The notes under the pieces: model-generated | Seen by the model: the letters and a program-made list of their open reading frames with translations, nothing else | Database searches by the model: none | Told to the model about the DNA's origin: nothing | In this document: piece by piece, positions 50,871-64,000 of the stretch | Layout of the letters: each line of letters starts with the position of its first letter | Numbering within the stretch: position 1 is the stretch's first letter | Assembly (NCBI GenBank): GCA_000708835.1 | Contig: DF237031.1 | Span: forward strand, 62,001-126,000 | Direction of reading: 5' to 3' | DNA from: Klebsormidium nitens | Taxonomy: Eukaryota > Plantae > Klebsormidiophyceae | DNA length: 64,000 bases | Program-made: the position numbers and the translations under genes

Positions 50871-51173
50871 CAGAGGGTTTTGAGGGTTCGGAATTCCAGC
50901 AGGAAAAGACGTCCGGTCGACGGAACACAATCCTGGAAGAAAGTTTGAAAAACGGAACGGAACCGGAAAATGGTTTACCCCCATGAATCCGTGAGAACTG
51001 AGGTGCTTGCTGACCTGGCACGGAATTAGCAGCCAGCTGGCGCCTCGTGCCAAGATATCACAGGCTCCAGAGTCCAATTGCACTCCAAAGCCATGCCAAT
51101 GGTTGCAGATCAGGGGTCATTCGCTCTTTCACTGTTCAGCCTTTCCTGCTGAGAAAGTTCAGCGCAAGAATCA

Positions 51174-54053
51174 ATGGCTTCCGCAACTGTGCTCTCAGGC
51201 GTCAATGTCCTGGCTATTGCAAATGCGAGCCTACCCAGCTCTCGAACAACTGCAAGGCATGCTGTCTCGGCAGGCAAATTTGCGGCGCCGTCTTGCAAGC
51301 TCCCCTGCAAAGGCAGGTTGAGACCAGCTGCGATTCTGGGTGGCTCAACCTTTGTCACCAATCACGCGTGCAGCACATTCGGAGTGCCAGCAGAGAATGC
51401 CGCAAGGAGGGGTGCCTCGTCCACCACATGCAAGGTGCGCTGATAGTTCCCTCAATTCAGGATGAATGGCTTCATGTAGTCAAGAATAAGGAGAAGTCTT
51501 GTGCAGTCTTGGTTTGAAGAAAGTTTTGCAAAATCTGATTGAGCAATGAAAAGGCACTCATTGGATGCATGCAAGCTTCAAACCTTGTTAGCACCCACCC
51601 ACTAGTTGTGACCTCAGTGACAGCTCACCAAGACTTTCGACTTGCAAGAACTGGTTAGAGTAGTAACGCTGACTGACAAATTGCTAAATCTTATCAATTT
51701 CTGCCCAGCATGTACCACTCTTGATTGGAACGTGATCCATCCTACAGAAGTAAATGCATTGTGGAACGTCAGAAAGAACATGGCAGCTAGGTCGAAAAGA
51801 GAGACAGTCAGATGCAACAACCAGGGGAAACAGGGGCAGAGATTAAGCTGGGAAGCTGGTTCAGAATGTGGTCAGAAGTTAATCAGGATCGAAATCTTGG
51901 TTTAGAAAATGCTTCGGAGCTGGCGCGATGACCTGCTTGTATGGCAGCCATCTTGTACACTTGCTCTGATTTTTCTGCAATCATAATTTGGAACGCTCCT
52001 AAAGGGAAGACTGATCAGAGAATGCCTTGGTTTGTGACCATGACCTAACCTGCAAAATCTCCTCAGCTGAAGATTGCGCCTCAGAAGACAAATCAATACT
52101 TCTGGCATTGAGTTTGTGACCAAAGAATAATAAGGAACTTTGGCGCTTCTTTTCCTTTTCATCAGATGCATGAAGGTAGGTCAAAGATCAGGCAGGGAAA
52201 GAGCTCTCATGAGCTGCAGGTCGCTGCTTGTTCCATTCCAAAGCTGGCGTTCTTATTCACAATCTAATGAAGAATGCTCAATCAGCTTGGAACCAGATTT
52301 GGGCACACATCCATAAAACCAGGTTGGCCACCTGCAGACATAGCTGATGACTTCAAAATAGCCTTCTAGATGAGACGTTTCTGCATGACACCCCGCTCTT
52401 AAGTTTCTCTGTTTCTCACTCAGGTTGATGTTGGTGATGTTGCACCGAGCTTCACCTTGAAAGACCAGAACGGGAGAGACGTAAGCCTCTCAAAGTACAA
52501 GGGGAAGCCAGTCGTCCTCTACTTCTACCCCAAGGACGACACTCCAGGGTGCACCAAACAAGTAAGGGTCCAGATTACTTTCCTTTAAACAGTCTGTCTT
52601 TGTGTTCTTATGCAGATAGGGGCGTTTGCTTACATCTCTTTGCTACTCTGTTATCTAGATTGAGCTGAGGGATACTTGCGCGCACAGTTGAATGGAGAAG
52701 GGCACTGTTGGGAAAAGATAAACTGGGTTTGTGTCTTACAACAATCAATTGCGTTGAGGAGAACGCCTCGTACGTACAGATGATCGCTTGATAACGTGCC
52801 CTGCTGAGTAGAAGGAGGCGAGGTCACGCGCGGTGCTTGGTCGATTCATTTCCTTTTGATCTATCCAAACTTTTACTTCTCAAAACGTATATTGCAGAAG
52901 CTTTGGACCTGCTTCACAGGATCCTACTTCTGCGTCCACCTTTTGCAGAGGTCCTTTCGACTAGATGTCTTTCACATTTTTTTTCTTTTCGCATACACAT
53001 CCTGAGAGGATCTGCTGTGTTGTGTCTTGCGGTGCTCCGCTGTTACACCTGTGCCACTCCCTTCTCAAGCGTCCTCTGTTCATGCAGGCATGCTATTTCA
53101 GGGACTCGTATGAGGCTTACAAGAAGGCAGGCGCAGAGGTGGTTGGGATCAGTGCTGACCCCGTTGACTCGCACAAGGTGACCTTTTCTTTGTTCGTTTC
53201 ATATTTTCCCCCTTGCTTTTGCTGGCAGTCCTTTCAGATGGACTCTGGAAAAGCTCGTAACAGCCCTGTTGCAGAAGCACGTACAGCCCCTAAGCAGTCG
53301 ATGCCAAAGGTGGCGTACTGATACTGATTACTTTCTTTGAACGCTCGTCGACTTTGTTTTCAAGCTTGCGCTACGTAACTTTGGTCAATGAGCATCTGCA
53401 TCGCCGCTCCTCTATTGCTCGTATGAGCTGTTGTCGAGCTTACGCTTTGTAGGGGCACCCTGAAACTCGCATGACGGCTGCTCTTTGATCTGTGCATTGA
53501 GAAACGGTCACCACCGTCCTTGTTGTGGAGTTGCACTTAAATCCAGGAGCGCTGTGCGGGGGTAGAATTCTGTGTCAATGTTTGTTAGAGCTGGTGTAGT
53601 TCGTCGCAATCCGTCTGGACTCTGTACTGATGGCTGTCGATATGTGGTTTTCAGGCCTTTGCCGAGAAGCACAATCTGCCCTTCACCCTCCTCTCCGACG
53701 AGAACAGCGCCGTCCGGAAAGAGTTCGGCATCAAAAACGACTTCCTAGGAGCCCTACCGGGCAGGCAAACGTACCTGCTTGACGGGTCGGGAACCGTCAA
53801 GCTAGTCTACAATAACCAGTTCATGCCAGAGAAGCACGTTTCGGAGACGCTGAGAGTTATTGAGATAATCAAGCCAGAGCAGAAAGAGTTGAAGGATCTT
53901 CCCAAGGTGGGGCTTGGCATGATCGGGAAGATCTTCAAGAACCCTGAGCAGATTCAAAAGGGTGGCAAAAAGGAGGAGGAGCTTGGCATGCTCGGTAAGA
54001 TCTTCAAGAACCCTGAGCAGATTCAAAGGGGTGGCAAGGACGGCGAGGCTTAG
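51174..54053 (+). CDS. PRXQ: Peroxiredoxin Q, chloroplastic, with C-terminal extension
   Basis: Exons 51174-51434 (transit-peptide-like), 52424-52561, 53088-53177, 53655-54053. Motif [25 protein letters not shown] (CxxxxC of PrxQ/BCP), plus LPFTLLSD and GALPGRQTY. Confidence 0.95.
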
Positions 54054-55712
54054 GCACGAACTAGTAGCCTGAGCCAGTTGTGTATGTGAGTAGCTGTAGC
54101 TTTTGTTGATCAAGAGGACGTGTAGGCAATCAGCGATGATTGATGAGCTGTTCAGTACAGTCTAAGAAGAATTTTGTACATGTCGAAAGTCTACCACCGA
54201 TCTTCCGACGCGCGTCCTTAGACCTGATCATTCATGAAGCTCTACTATACTTAGCCGCCGCACGGCCTGGTGCATGCTTGCATGACGGGTTCAGTAATGG
54301 GGTAGCCTGGTGACTCGGTGATCCTTACTTCAGACATTGCTCAGGCTCTGCATGGTCAGCGGAATCGTACTTTGGCACTAATCCTGAATTACAATTATTA
54401 TACATAATAATGCGGTCCGCAGGATGCATATAAAATGATGTCGAGCTATTGCAGACGTCCCGGGCACGCAAGTCTTGGCAGTTAAGTTGCTTAAAATATC
54501 TATGCCACAAACTTGATGCTTTAATTGCATGCATACAATCCAGCAGTATTCCTCCATGATGTGCAATGATGAACGGTTATAACTGGTACCTAAGATAGGT
54601 GCATGAGCTAGCGCTGCACATAGATAGGTGCACATACTAAATCAAGCTGAGCCCGTCCCGGCATCGTGCTTGAATACTTCAGCCTGTGTACCCAACGAGA
54701 CACCTTGCAGCTGCGGTTCGAACGTCTAAATTGAGTCAAATCACTGCTAATGTATCTCGCTCACAGACGAAGATGCCCGTTATAACGGCCGGAACAACAA
54801 CTTTACTCAGTGAAATAGTTACAATGTCACCAGACACTCTAACCAGTCCTCCGAGTCACACGGTCCGGCTGCGCTTAACCAAACTGCTTGACCAATGGCT
54901 TACACTGCGACGTCCCTAACATGTCATACTAATTGGTAACTCTTGTCACTGTGCACTAAGAGCCATGTGCCCTAATATTAGTAGACCCCGAGCAGCCAAA
55001 CTAAAAACCCTAACCTAAAGCATACGGTATACTGGTATTCAACATATTAAGTATCGGTGTCCGGCTTGACCGTCTCGATGTACTATTCAGCGCAGGCTGG
55101 CCGGGCCGCCGCTCTGCCGGCCGCGAGTACTGGGTCGCGGCTTCGAACGGGCAGCCTGAGGCACGTGCAGGGGTTCAGGGTTTACGGCCAAAAAAAAAGT
55201 TTTCCGAAGCATCGAACCTCAAAAACCGTCGAAAACTGAAGTCTGCGATTGCAGGTTTCGAACCACTGAAAGTGGCTTTCGACGGGCCGAACCAGGCCTT
55301 AATAGAGTGATCTAGTCTGCATCGCCACTTCCCCCTTTTCTGAAACCCCGAGGTCGATTGCAACAGCTCAGTACAACTTCGTCGGTAAACCGAGACAAAA
55401 AACATGGCTATTGATGAGATCTAACCCAAAGCTAAACCGCGTGAAAACAAGCTAAATTAAGGTCGCCAGCATTTAATAGCGCCAGGAATGTGCCTTGGAC
55501 ACCTTGGAATAAAATCCCCCGCCTTGACCTGCGCCGCGCCCCGCTACAGCCTAAAAGTTCAAAACCGAGCATTCACAACCGAACAGCGGTTTGCCATTTC
55601 GATCATAGCCACTTGGCACTACCGCCGCCGGTATACCTACCACGCTGACGGTATTAGCTTGTCCTGGTTGAAAACATGATCGAGCGCTCAGGCGAGTGTC
55701 TACTTCAGGGGA

Positions 55713-56169
55713 ATGCGACTTCTGTCTAAAGCTGCCGCAGCAATGGCAGCAGCGAAGAGGGAAATTACGAGCGATGAAGCAATCCAGCGCATAAACTCAG
55801 AGCCCATCACCGGCGAATGCGATCTGGTGAACGAGCACGCGATTGTGGTCGACGTCGAGCGCCTACTGCTTCCCCTCGGCACTCCAGTGCGCACGAACAA
55901 TGCAAGCCCCGCTGACGAAACGCACTACGTTCTCGTCATTCACGGCACATTCGCTCAGCCTAAATTGAATGGCAGAGTGAACTGGTTTCATCCGGACCCA
56001 GAAAAGGCTCCGGACAACTTCTGTTCGCGCCTCGCGGTTCAACTGTCTTGTGGGCTCTTCAGCGAGGATGCGGTTTGGAGATCGTTGCCTGATCCGGAGC
56101 TTCTTCCCAGCGGAGTGCATTATCCGTTCTTTTGGGATGGCAGCAACACGGATGAGGGGCGCAAGGATG
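55713..56169 (+). CDS. Alpha/beta-hydrolase-like (lipase-type) N-terminal exon; downstream exons not identified
   Basis: 152-codon ORF with YVLVIHGTFAQ and PFFWDGSNT...R motifs, ending at donor G|gtgag. No phase-1 exon with the expected nucleophile motif (e.g. HSHG) was found by eye. Confidence 0.45.
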
Positions 56170-58819
56170 GTGAGATTTTATAGGCTTTGGCCATTGGCCA
56201 GTTGTGCCCTTCTTATGCTCTGTCCATCCGGACTCATTGGGGAGTGTTCTATTGCCCTTGAGCCCACCGGAAGCTAAGTAAGTTGAAAGGTAAGATTCTT
56301 GCAAACAAAAGCTGGCGGTGCCTTCTGTGTGCCCCTCGGGAAGACCTATACAGGCGAATCATTCTTAGCGTTTGTGGTCAGCTCTTCATGTTGGCTTAAA
56401 GGGGGGCGCTAGTGTCGACATGTCGTCAGTTACTGAGCAGCTCTGCACCATTCTGTCCAACAAGAGAAGAGGGAGCGGGATTCTCCAGAGGTTGTGTAAT
56501 TCAGAGGTTTGGAATTCAGAGGTTTGGGAATGGAAAGCAGGGAAGTGGGTGCCAACTCTAGGGTGTCTCTCTGAAATCTTAGAGTCGAGATTCACAGACG
56601 TTGTATTCACACCTGTTATGTCAACATCTCAATGAGCTTCCTGCAAAAACATTACATGGCCACAAATGCGGCAAGCTCTACTATGCAGTTTCCTCTTGAT
56701 CATAGAAAATGTCTACCTTTATTCTTTTTGTCCAGTCTCGCAGACCTTTCCATCAGTTGTCACCGTTCTCCATCATGAAAAGCCTCTCAGTCGTGGTACT
56801 AGTGGTAGCAGCCATTCTTGGTCTGCCGATACAGTTGAGAATGTGAGGGGAACCCCTAGATAAATGTGACACTGTTTGCAATGCAGCCCGTTTTGTCTGC
56901 TCTCAACCATGGCAAATGCTTACTACAATGACCACCCTCTGTAATCATTAGCTCCTGAACCACACTGGGGACTTTTCAAGCCAGCTTTGGTCTTGAGTTT
57001 GAGTGCTGCTTTAAGGTCCCTACGATGTTCAAATATGAAAGTCAAGTACAATCTCAAATCTCGCCACACGTTTTTCCTGTTCGAGCTTTCAAAAGTCCGC
57101 CTATTGGCACCAGAACACGCTGCAACCAGGCCTCGTTATGGTGAAGGCGTTTCGAATGCAAGACAAGTATGACCCACAGACAATCACGAGGACAGGACAA
57201 AAATTACTGCGTTGGCAGTCCAAGCAAGGACCGTCCTGGCCTCGGAACGAGGACGAAGCCATAATTGCGAGCATCCCAGAAAAGTTTGTCCTCACAGCCA
57301 CCTACGACAGCCGCCAGCTTCAATGCAAGCTCGGATTGCGTACGCAAATGGAAATACGCTTAGTCCCAAACGCCTTTGCGGTGGCACAAGAATCTTTAGC
57401 TTGCGCGAAACAGCAAAAAACGATCTGCAGTCGCCAACTGATTAACCACCGACGAACCAACACGCAGAAAGGGCCATGCGAGACAGCCAACACAGCATCA
57501 AACAGAGCCAACAGAATGCGCATTCAGAACCATCTCCGCAGTTTCGGAGCAACGCGTCTGACAAACATCCATCATGATAAAGCAACATGCCGGTAGTCTA
57601 TCAAAGCAGACACGGACGGATTGATTGGACGGGCAGTTGATACAAAATGAAGAAGTGCAAGCACGGATGACCTCTTCGAGCTCACAAAGAAATTTGAAGA
57701 GCTAAGGGGTTTAGGAACAAAGGAGGAGCTCGAATAACTCGAACACAAGTTCTTGAGCTTTGCTCTCGAGCTTTTTACCGTACTGAATGATCGCTACCGG
57801 TACGTTCGCTAGACACCACCGAAACCGGCACTGCTCATCTGAAACGCTAGCGAAACTTGCTGCTGCTTTCCGTCGGCAACCTTCGACTGCCTGAAGGAGA
57901 AGAAGGTGCCGGGTTTGACAGAGTCAGGCTACGCTTGATTTGCAGGCATGAAACTCCCGGTTGCGTGCAAAGCCCCGACCAGGGGCCAGCTCAAACATGT
58001 TATGGTCTTGCGCAATACCCAGAAAGACACATCTCCTGTATGCAATGCTTTAGAAAACACTTTTTTGTGCATTGAAACATGCAGGAAAGATGTCACATTT
58101 TGTAAGTTGTACACGTCCAGCGGGGCTCGGTGCAAAATGTGCTCATTGCAAGGAAGCTTCCTGGAGGCAGGACTCTCAACGCCGAAATTGACCGCAAGAT
58201 CGTGACGGGGAGGCGAGCAATTGTACCAAAGGACGGTGGGATTGAAGAAAAGCACAGCTGGATCTACAAACAACAAGACAGTGCTCCTCACCTTCAAAAC
58301 CAATGGAAGACCACAAGCGAGGCGCCAACAAGTATGCGACTCCGAAGGCGAGCTGGACCCCTATTGCGTTGCCTGCAGGAAGGCACGAGATACGCAAGTG
58401 TTCAATAACAACCTCGCAAGCTAACCAGCGTCCTCGCGCTAGTTTATTGCTTTATGATTCCAACTCTCATCGGACGAGGAGCGGAGACCAGACGGAAACT
58501 CTGGAAAATGGAAGCAAATCCCCTCCAAGGACTGGGGTGGTAAGTCGACCCTTCGACAGATGACTCAATCCAATTGATTGTCGAAGAATCTGAAGAGCAT
58601 AATCTGCCCGATTGCTCGCTGCAATGTCAGGGCTTTCAAAGCGAACCCGAAGAGCACCATTTGCGGAACTGGTCGCTGGCACGTTGAAGCCTGCTGGAGT
58701 CCTACGAGAAGACGAACTCCTGACACCAAAGAAAATTGCACGCTGGCGCTCATGTCAACTTTCCTGGTCGACGCAAGACGTACTACCGATGGGGTAGCCG
58801 TCGATGAACAATCCTGGAG

Positions 58820-61800
58820 TCAAAAGCGGAGCTCTGAACTGAAGCAATGGACCCTAAGACCTAACCTCAAGCTCAGTCTTTCGAGCATTACCTGAAGGAA
58901 CACACTGCTCCAAAGAGTGACGTGAGCGGTTTCGCTTTGGCTTGGAAAGGTTTCTGCTTCCCCAAAACGCCGACCCAAACCCACATTCCCCAAACACTAC
59001 CGGCTGTAAATCTGAACCGCAAAGATCCTTACCTTGTTGGGCTTGCTGCTCGGCAGCTGCGGCCCCAAAGTTCTCCGCGGCGTTGGCGGCTCCTGTGCTG
59101 ACGTGGCCTGCATCAGCGCGGCCTGCTGCGTCGCCTCGGCGCGCCACTCGGCCTGTCGCTGGGCTTCTGCAGTGGGAAGACCCATCTGCAGGCAGAGCAC
59201 TAATCAGTGATCCGGGTGTTATGTTGACCTGGGAATGAAGCCCGTTTCTGAGCGGGTGGGGTGAAACGAAGACTGGTCCAAACGGTCGGGCATCAGGAAG
59301 GGACGACAGAATGTAAGCTGTGACCGTTGTTTGAGCGGCCGGGTTCCCGCTGATGTTGAACAATCAAGAAAACTTCGGGGTGTTCTCTACTGGTATGGGT
59401 GTACTTCAAAAAGACGTGCAAATTTTACAACAAGCCAAAGCGACGCGTTTTGAAAAATCTGACCATTGCTTGGAAAGCATCTAGTTCGGGAAAAGACAAG
59501 TGCGTGATTTGCGAGTGAAATTGCAATGCAATTTGTGTTCAGATCTGGAAGATCAGACTTATGGTTGGCTGAGTTTTGTCCAGTTCTACTTCTAACCGAA
59601 ATTGATTGAGCCAGAACTGTTGAGTGTCTTATGGCATCAAAACTCTGCGGAAATCCCTGTTGGGTTCCACCCATAGGTGGTGCATCATCACTGCCACATC
59701 ATATCAGACTTCAATGCTACCATTCATGATTACACGTCTTCAGAAGAAGCTTTCTCCTCAATCATAGACGAGGATCACGGGTAGGCAAGAAATAGTGCTT
59801 GGAAGCAAGCAAACTTTAAGGGCTTCACACAAAAAGCAGCAAGCAAAGGGCAGAACAATCATCACGCAGTGATCAGCAAAGAGGAGCGACGTAAACATAG
59901 ATCGTAGCAAGAAGAATTTTCCTTTACCATGCTCGTAGACCACAACGGGCAATGAAACGGCAGAACTACAATATCTCGAAACCAAACTTGGTCCAGCTAC
60001 ATACGCCAAGCAAGGATTCGAGCCAGTCAAGTGTCGATATGCCCGTGCATAAGGAGCACGGCATCCGCAGATAAGAAACAGGAGCAATGACAGACCAGAG
60101 AGAAACAGACTGCAACAGGTCGGCAAAATCTTGTGTTCGGTGGAAGAGTACGCAAGGTTCAGAAACAGGGATCCGCCGCTTCCAGGTTCCATGGGTGACC
60201 CCGAAAGAGGGCGTCAGCAAACGTGGTCGCAAAAGACACACAGTGTGGCGGCACAGATTCTGAATCCATTTCGACGTCCTTTTTCAGCGGCTCCTAGTCC
60301 AAAAGAACGAACGTTGGCTTCGATGGCGTCTGGACGTACTACACGATTGGGCTATCGTCCCGTGTCGATGTGCCATCATCACCAAAGGTCTGAGCTGCCG
60401 CACTTCTACCGCCATTTTTGAACGTTGGCTAAAATCGAGGATCTGGTATACGAGTTCGTGTCTGACTTGTGCATGGCAGTGGATAAGAATCGTAGATTCT
60501 CGCTCTGGCAAGACCGTGCTCACAACCGAATGAGAAGATGACGCACAAACAACGTGGCTTCCATCCTGGTCTCGACGTCAAGGGAAGGATGTTCTTAACA
60601 GTTTGGTTTTCAGGGAGAACTCAGAGACGTCCGCACGGACAAGTGCACAGTCCAAAGTCTGGATTGAGCAAGATTCAGCGAGTGTCTGGTACTTTACTTC
60701 TCACATTTGGAGGCAGAAGTTTTTGAGCACGCGACGGAGGATTGGGCAACGAAGGAAGGCCATCTGACGGAAGCATTTCAGTCTTCGTTTTTCGTCTCAG
60801 GCTCGTGACCACGCCTTCGGGATAGCATCATATCAGATCAAGAGGAATGTCTGAGATGACCCCACTTACAGATCATGGCTACGTCTTTCCGACTTTCCAA
60901 TTTTCACCAGCTTTCTCAACCAGGGTTTCTCACCAGGCGGCTCCACCAAATCAAGACACAAGCAACGGAGAAGGCGAAAAAACACCAAAAGACGGTCAGT
61001 ATTTTTGAAGGGCACGCGATGCTCGACTTGGCACTGCTGGCATCAGAAACCTCCCTTGTCGTTGAGCGGAAAAGATTCCCAAGCTTGAAATTCTCATAGC
61101 CAGGAATCTCCACTTTTTCCTTACACCTCGCCAAACGAGGCTGCAAGCTCAGCGAGGCCAAAAACCATTTTCCCTACGCATTGTGCCTACGAAGCTCCTT
61201 CTCGTCGTGGTCAAGCGAGAGCGACATTCCGTAATCACCCCAGAAACGTCCATATGTTTGATAATGGATCCAGCCTGTGAGGTAAGAGCACACAGGCATG
61301 CCGTGGCACTCTCCCACTGGAAGTCAAGAATGCAGCCAACAGTGGGACTCGTACAATACATCGCGCTGCAAAGTAGGGCATTGTGAATAATTGCGTGGCT
61401 TCCTCATGGCAGAGGGCAGTGAGCCACAGGGCTCGTTGCATGCGTCGTCATTGCCAACACACTCGTTGTTCGGACACTTTTTATTCAAAAGAACGGCTCG
61501 CTTGCAAGCGAAAGCTGCAGCGGAAACCGCTTGCAAGAAAATCAACAAAGCGAACAGCCGGGGCAGTTGGGGCACCCAATTGACAAGACTTTGTTTTGCG
61601 TAACCGGGTGCAAATACAAAGTGTTCCTCGTGAACGAGACACTTGGTCTTTTCGCTTTGAGCAGTTCAATTGCTAGGTGCAAAAATAAATTTCAAAGCCT
61701 CGACAACGTTCCTTGCGCTTACGAATCTTGATGCCAACGACATGTCAGGAGCAGAAAGAGCACACTCAACCAGAACAACCACGCATCCCACTTTACGCTT

Positions 61801-64000
61801 CATAGGGGACCTCGAGCTTTGGAATTACCGTGCCTCGGTCGACGTTCTTGGTGCCAGCAGCATGTCAAATACAAACGCGACCTGTGGACTTCATACGAAC
61901 TATGCAAGTCTCAGGAAACAGATTCGATTGAAGCTTCGACCCGAAGTGGCCGCAGAGCCAAAGAAAGAAGAAGCAAGACCCGCGAAAAGCGAATGACGAA
62001 CCGTTCAGCTCACCGCGACTCTGAAGGCGTCCATGCGCGCCGCCTCCTTCGCTTCCAGGGCCTCCAGCTTGTGGCTCGCTTTCAGCATGCTCTTCAGTTT
62101 CTGCAACGGCGAGAAAGACGTCCGGATCCATTGAGTGATTATACCGACGTTTGTTTGGTTGTAGGGTTCGACTTGGTCAAACGTGCACGCCATACCATAG
62201 GTGCAAAGAGCTGCTTTGGACACCTAGCTCTGGCTTCTGTTCGCACTATCATTTTGTGAAGACCCGAACATAAAAAGGCCGGGAGTTGTCAGATGTGACA
62301 ACGAGGAGGCCGAGTCGCTTGCAGTCACCAGGACAGACCAAACATAGGGGTTACCAGGAACAGTCAGTTGCACTGCACAGCAACTATCCACCACTGAAGT
62401 AGAGAGGCCAACCCACTAACCCACCTTTGTTCGTTCTCCTGTGGCCCCAGAGCCTCATGAGTGTAGATTTGTAATAGACTGATATAGAGATGGTGCAAAT
62501 TGGCTGCACTCATTGCCTTTACCACATGATAAAGAGGTGAAGCTTACGAAGGAGACTAAGAACGGGGTCAGCACACTAACCCGCTTCTCTGCATTCAGCT
62601 TCTTGACTGCCCGCTGATCCACCGCCCCAAACTGGTTCTGCAGCGCCATCTGCTGAGCACGCGCTTGCTCGACCTCCCCCGCCAGCCGCACCCGCGCCAC
62701 CTCAGCGTTCTGACGCATTGCGCGCTTTGTTTCCTCTGCAGCCCGTCTAGCAGCCTGCAGAAACGCTACCAAAGTCATAATATAGTCTCACCAGGAGCTT
62801 GTAATACTCCCACAATCGGACTGGAGGAGGGGTTGCTTTGCTCTGATTCACAGTCAGTTCAATCTGCAGACATGTTGATCTAACTCTCCTGAGCGGGCCT
62901 TGTTAACTTTGGACCTATTCACTGTGTTAGAAGCACAGTCTGAGGTACACAAAAACGTTGGTTTCAAGAAGCCTGTGACAGCCACATCAGCATCGGACTC
63001 GTCATGCTGCTCTAAGGCTGCAAAGAAAAAGGTGCCCTTCAACCTTCCTAATGGGAACTCCGATCTGCTCCTCGCGCAGAGGCTTGCATGAAGTGAGATG
63101 AGATCCGCTGCCACATCATGATCCTGTCACATGCTGCACCTTTCCCTTGTCCACAGCCTCTGCCACTTGGACGGAGTATGCTGTTCCCAATGCATGCCTC
63201 CAATCCAAGCGGTGCATGCCTTCAAGATACCGATAAGCAACTTCACCCCAATCAGAAAAGGTTAAAAATTTACATTCAGAAGCTTCAGAGTCAGCCAGCA
63301 AAAGATCAACACGGACCTCCTGCTGGCTGTTGGGGCCCGGCTTTTCTGGCTGCACTTCATTTCCAGCCCCCTCTAGTTCTGCCGCTTCTCTTTCGCCCTC
63401 TTGTCCCCATTTCTCCTTCTTGTCTTTTCGCTTCCGCTTCTTTCTCTCCTCTCGTTCCTCTCTCTTCCTCCGTTTTCGCCTCTTCCGCTCTCTCCGATCC
63501 TCACTTTCACTGCTGCTTTCCGATTTGCTCACATCTTTACGTCTCCTCTTCCTACTGTTCTTGCTCGACCGGTCCCTCATTCGAGCGCTTCGACTTGTTA
63601 GGTCCCTAGAACGTTCTTTTCGCTTCCTTCCATCCAACGCACTGCCTTCACTATCTCCAGAGTCACTGCCAACTCGCTTCTTGTCAAGGCCGTTTGATTG
63701 GCCCTTTCCCTTTCTCACTGAGTGACTCTCTCCACCCTTCCGTTTCTTCCTTGCATGTTCTGCCTCCGAGCCGCTGCAGGAGAAACTGCTAGCGCCGCTA
63801 TCTGCGTCACTTTCGCTCCCGCTTCTGCTTGCTTCTCGCTCCTTGTTTCTCTTCCTCCCATTCTGCCCCTTCCGCTTCTCTCCCTCCCTCTTCCCTTGCC
63901 TACGATTGCTACCTTTCCGTCTCCTTTCCCTGCTTAGATCGCTTTCTGTATCGCTCATGCTCTCACTCTCGGAAGAATCACTTCTCTGCCGCCGTCGCAA
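58820..64000 (-). CDS. Arg/Ser/Lys/Glu-rich low-complexity protein with C-terminal coiled coil; 5' end beyond the window
   Basis: Phase-0 exons >64000-63317, 62754-62581, 62100-62014, 59185-59033, and a tentative last exon 58891-58820. They join to ...NSQQE-AARRAAEETKRAMRQ...KKLNAEKR-KLKSMLKASHKLEALEAKEAARMDAFRVA-MGLPTAEAQ. Function not recognised. Confidence 0.7.

Noticed and set aside
54998-55020. aaactaaaaaccctaacctaaag as an interstitial telomere
   Set aside because: Only one or two imperfect units and no insertion context; too short to support.
25135-55081. Shared ACCGTCTCGA word at 25135, 45786 and 55069 as a possible element terminus
   Set aside because: Repeated 10-13-mers are expected by chance many times in 64 kb, and the flanks do not align.
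57100-58800. Several 70-150 aa ORFs on both strands
   Set aside because: No recognisable motifs or consistent splice phases; could not be linked to either flanking gene.
59758-60192. 144-aa hydrophobic minus-strand ORF
   Set aside because: Hydrophobicity follows from T/C-rich intron composition; no motif and no phase-consistent splice partners.
61324-61575. Cys-rich ORF with a signal-peptide-like N-terminus nested in an intron
   Set aside because: It starts at GTG with no in-frame ATG or convincing splice acceptor, and its composition matches the surrounding intron; likely chance.
63116-63316. Read-through of the 294-aa ORF (…DWGEVAYRYLEGMHRLDW…) as the true C-terminus
   Set aside because: A phase-0 donor at 63316 (GAG|gtccgt) joins cleanly to downstream exons and the low-complexity composition changes abruptly there; treated as intron, though retention is not excluded.

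Overview
Eukaryotic, intron-rich nuclear DNA with GT-AG introns, most likely from a streptophyte green alga of the Klebsormidium type. That assignment is inference, based on plastid-targeted PrxQ and bestrophin-like genes, a Tctex1 dynein light chain, the Sec elongation factor and TTTTAGGG-type repeats. I reconstructed ten protein-coding loci by hand from splice sites and reading phase: a REJ/GPS polycystin-1-like membrane protein (-), Tctex1 (-), a bestrophin/VCCN-like channel (+), an unknown protein (+), an Aa_trans amino acid transporter (-), EFSec (+), a MYND-finger protein (+), peroxiredoxin Q (+), an orphan alpha/beta-hydrolase-like exon (+) and an RS/KE-rich protein (-). An intron of EFSec carries a degenerate organelle-type tRNA-Val(UAC). 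The most striking unexplained structure is a recurring pattern of 'splice-junction echoes'. At 10 exon boundaries in 4 unrelated genes, the splice site plus the adjacent exon end is tandemly copied 1-4 times into the neighbouring intron (about 110-370 bp units), and in the longer arrays divergence grows with distance from the functional junction. One echo carries a 46-nt telomere-like insertion. All coordinates were counted by eye; no database searches were run.
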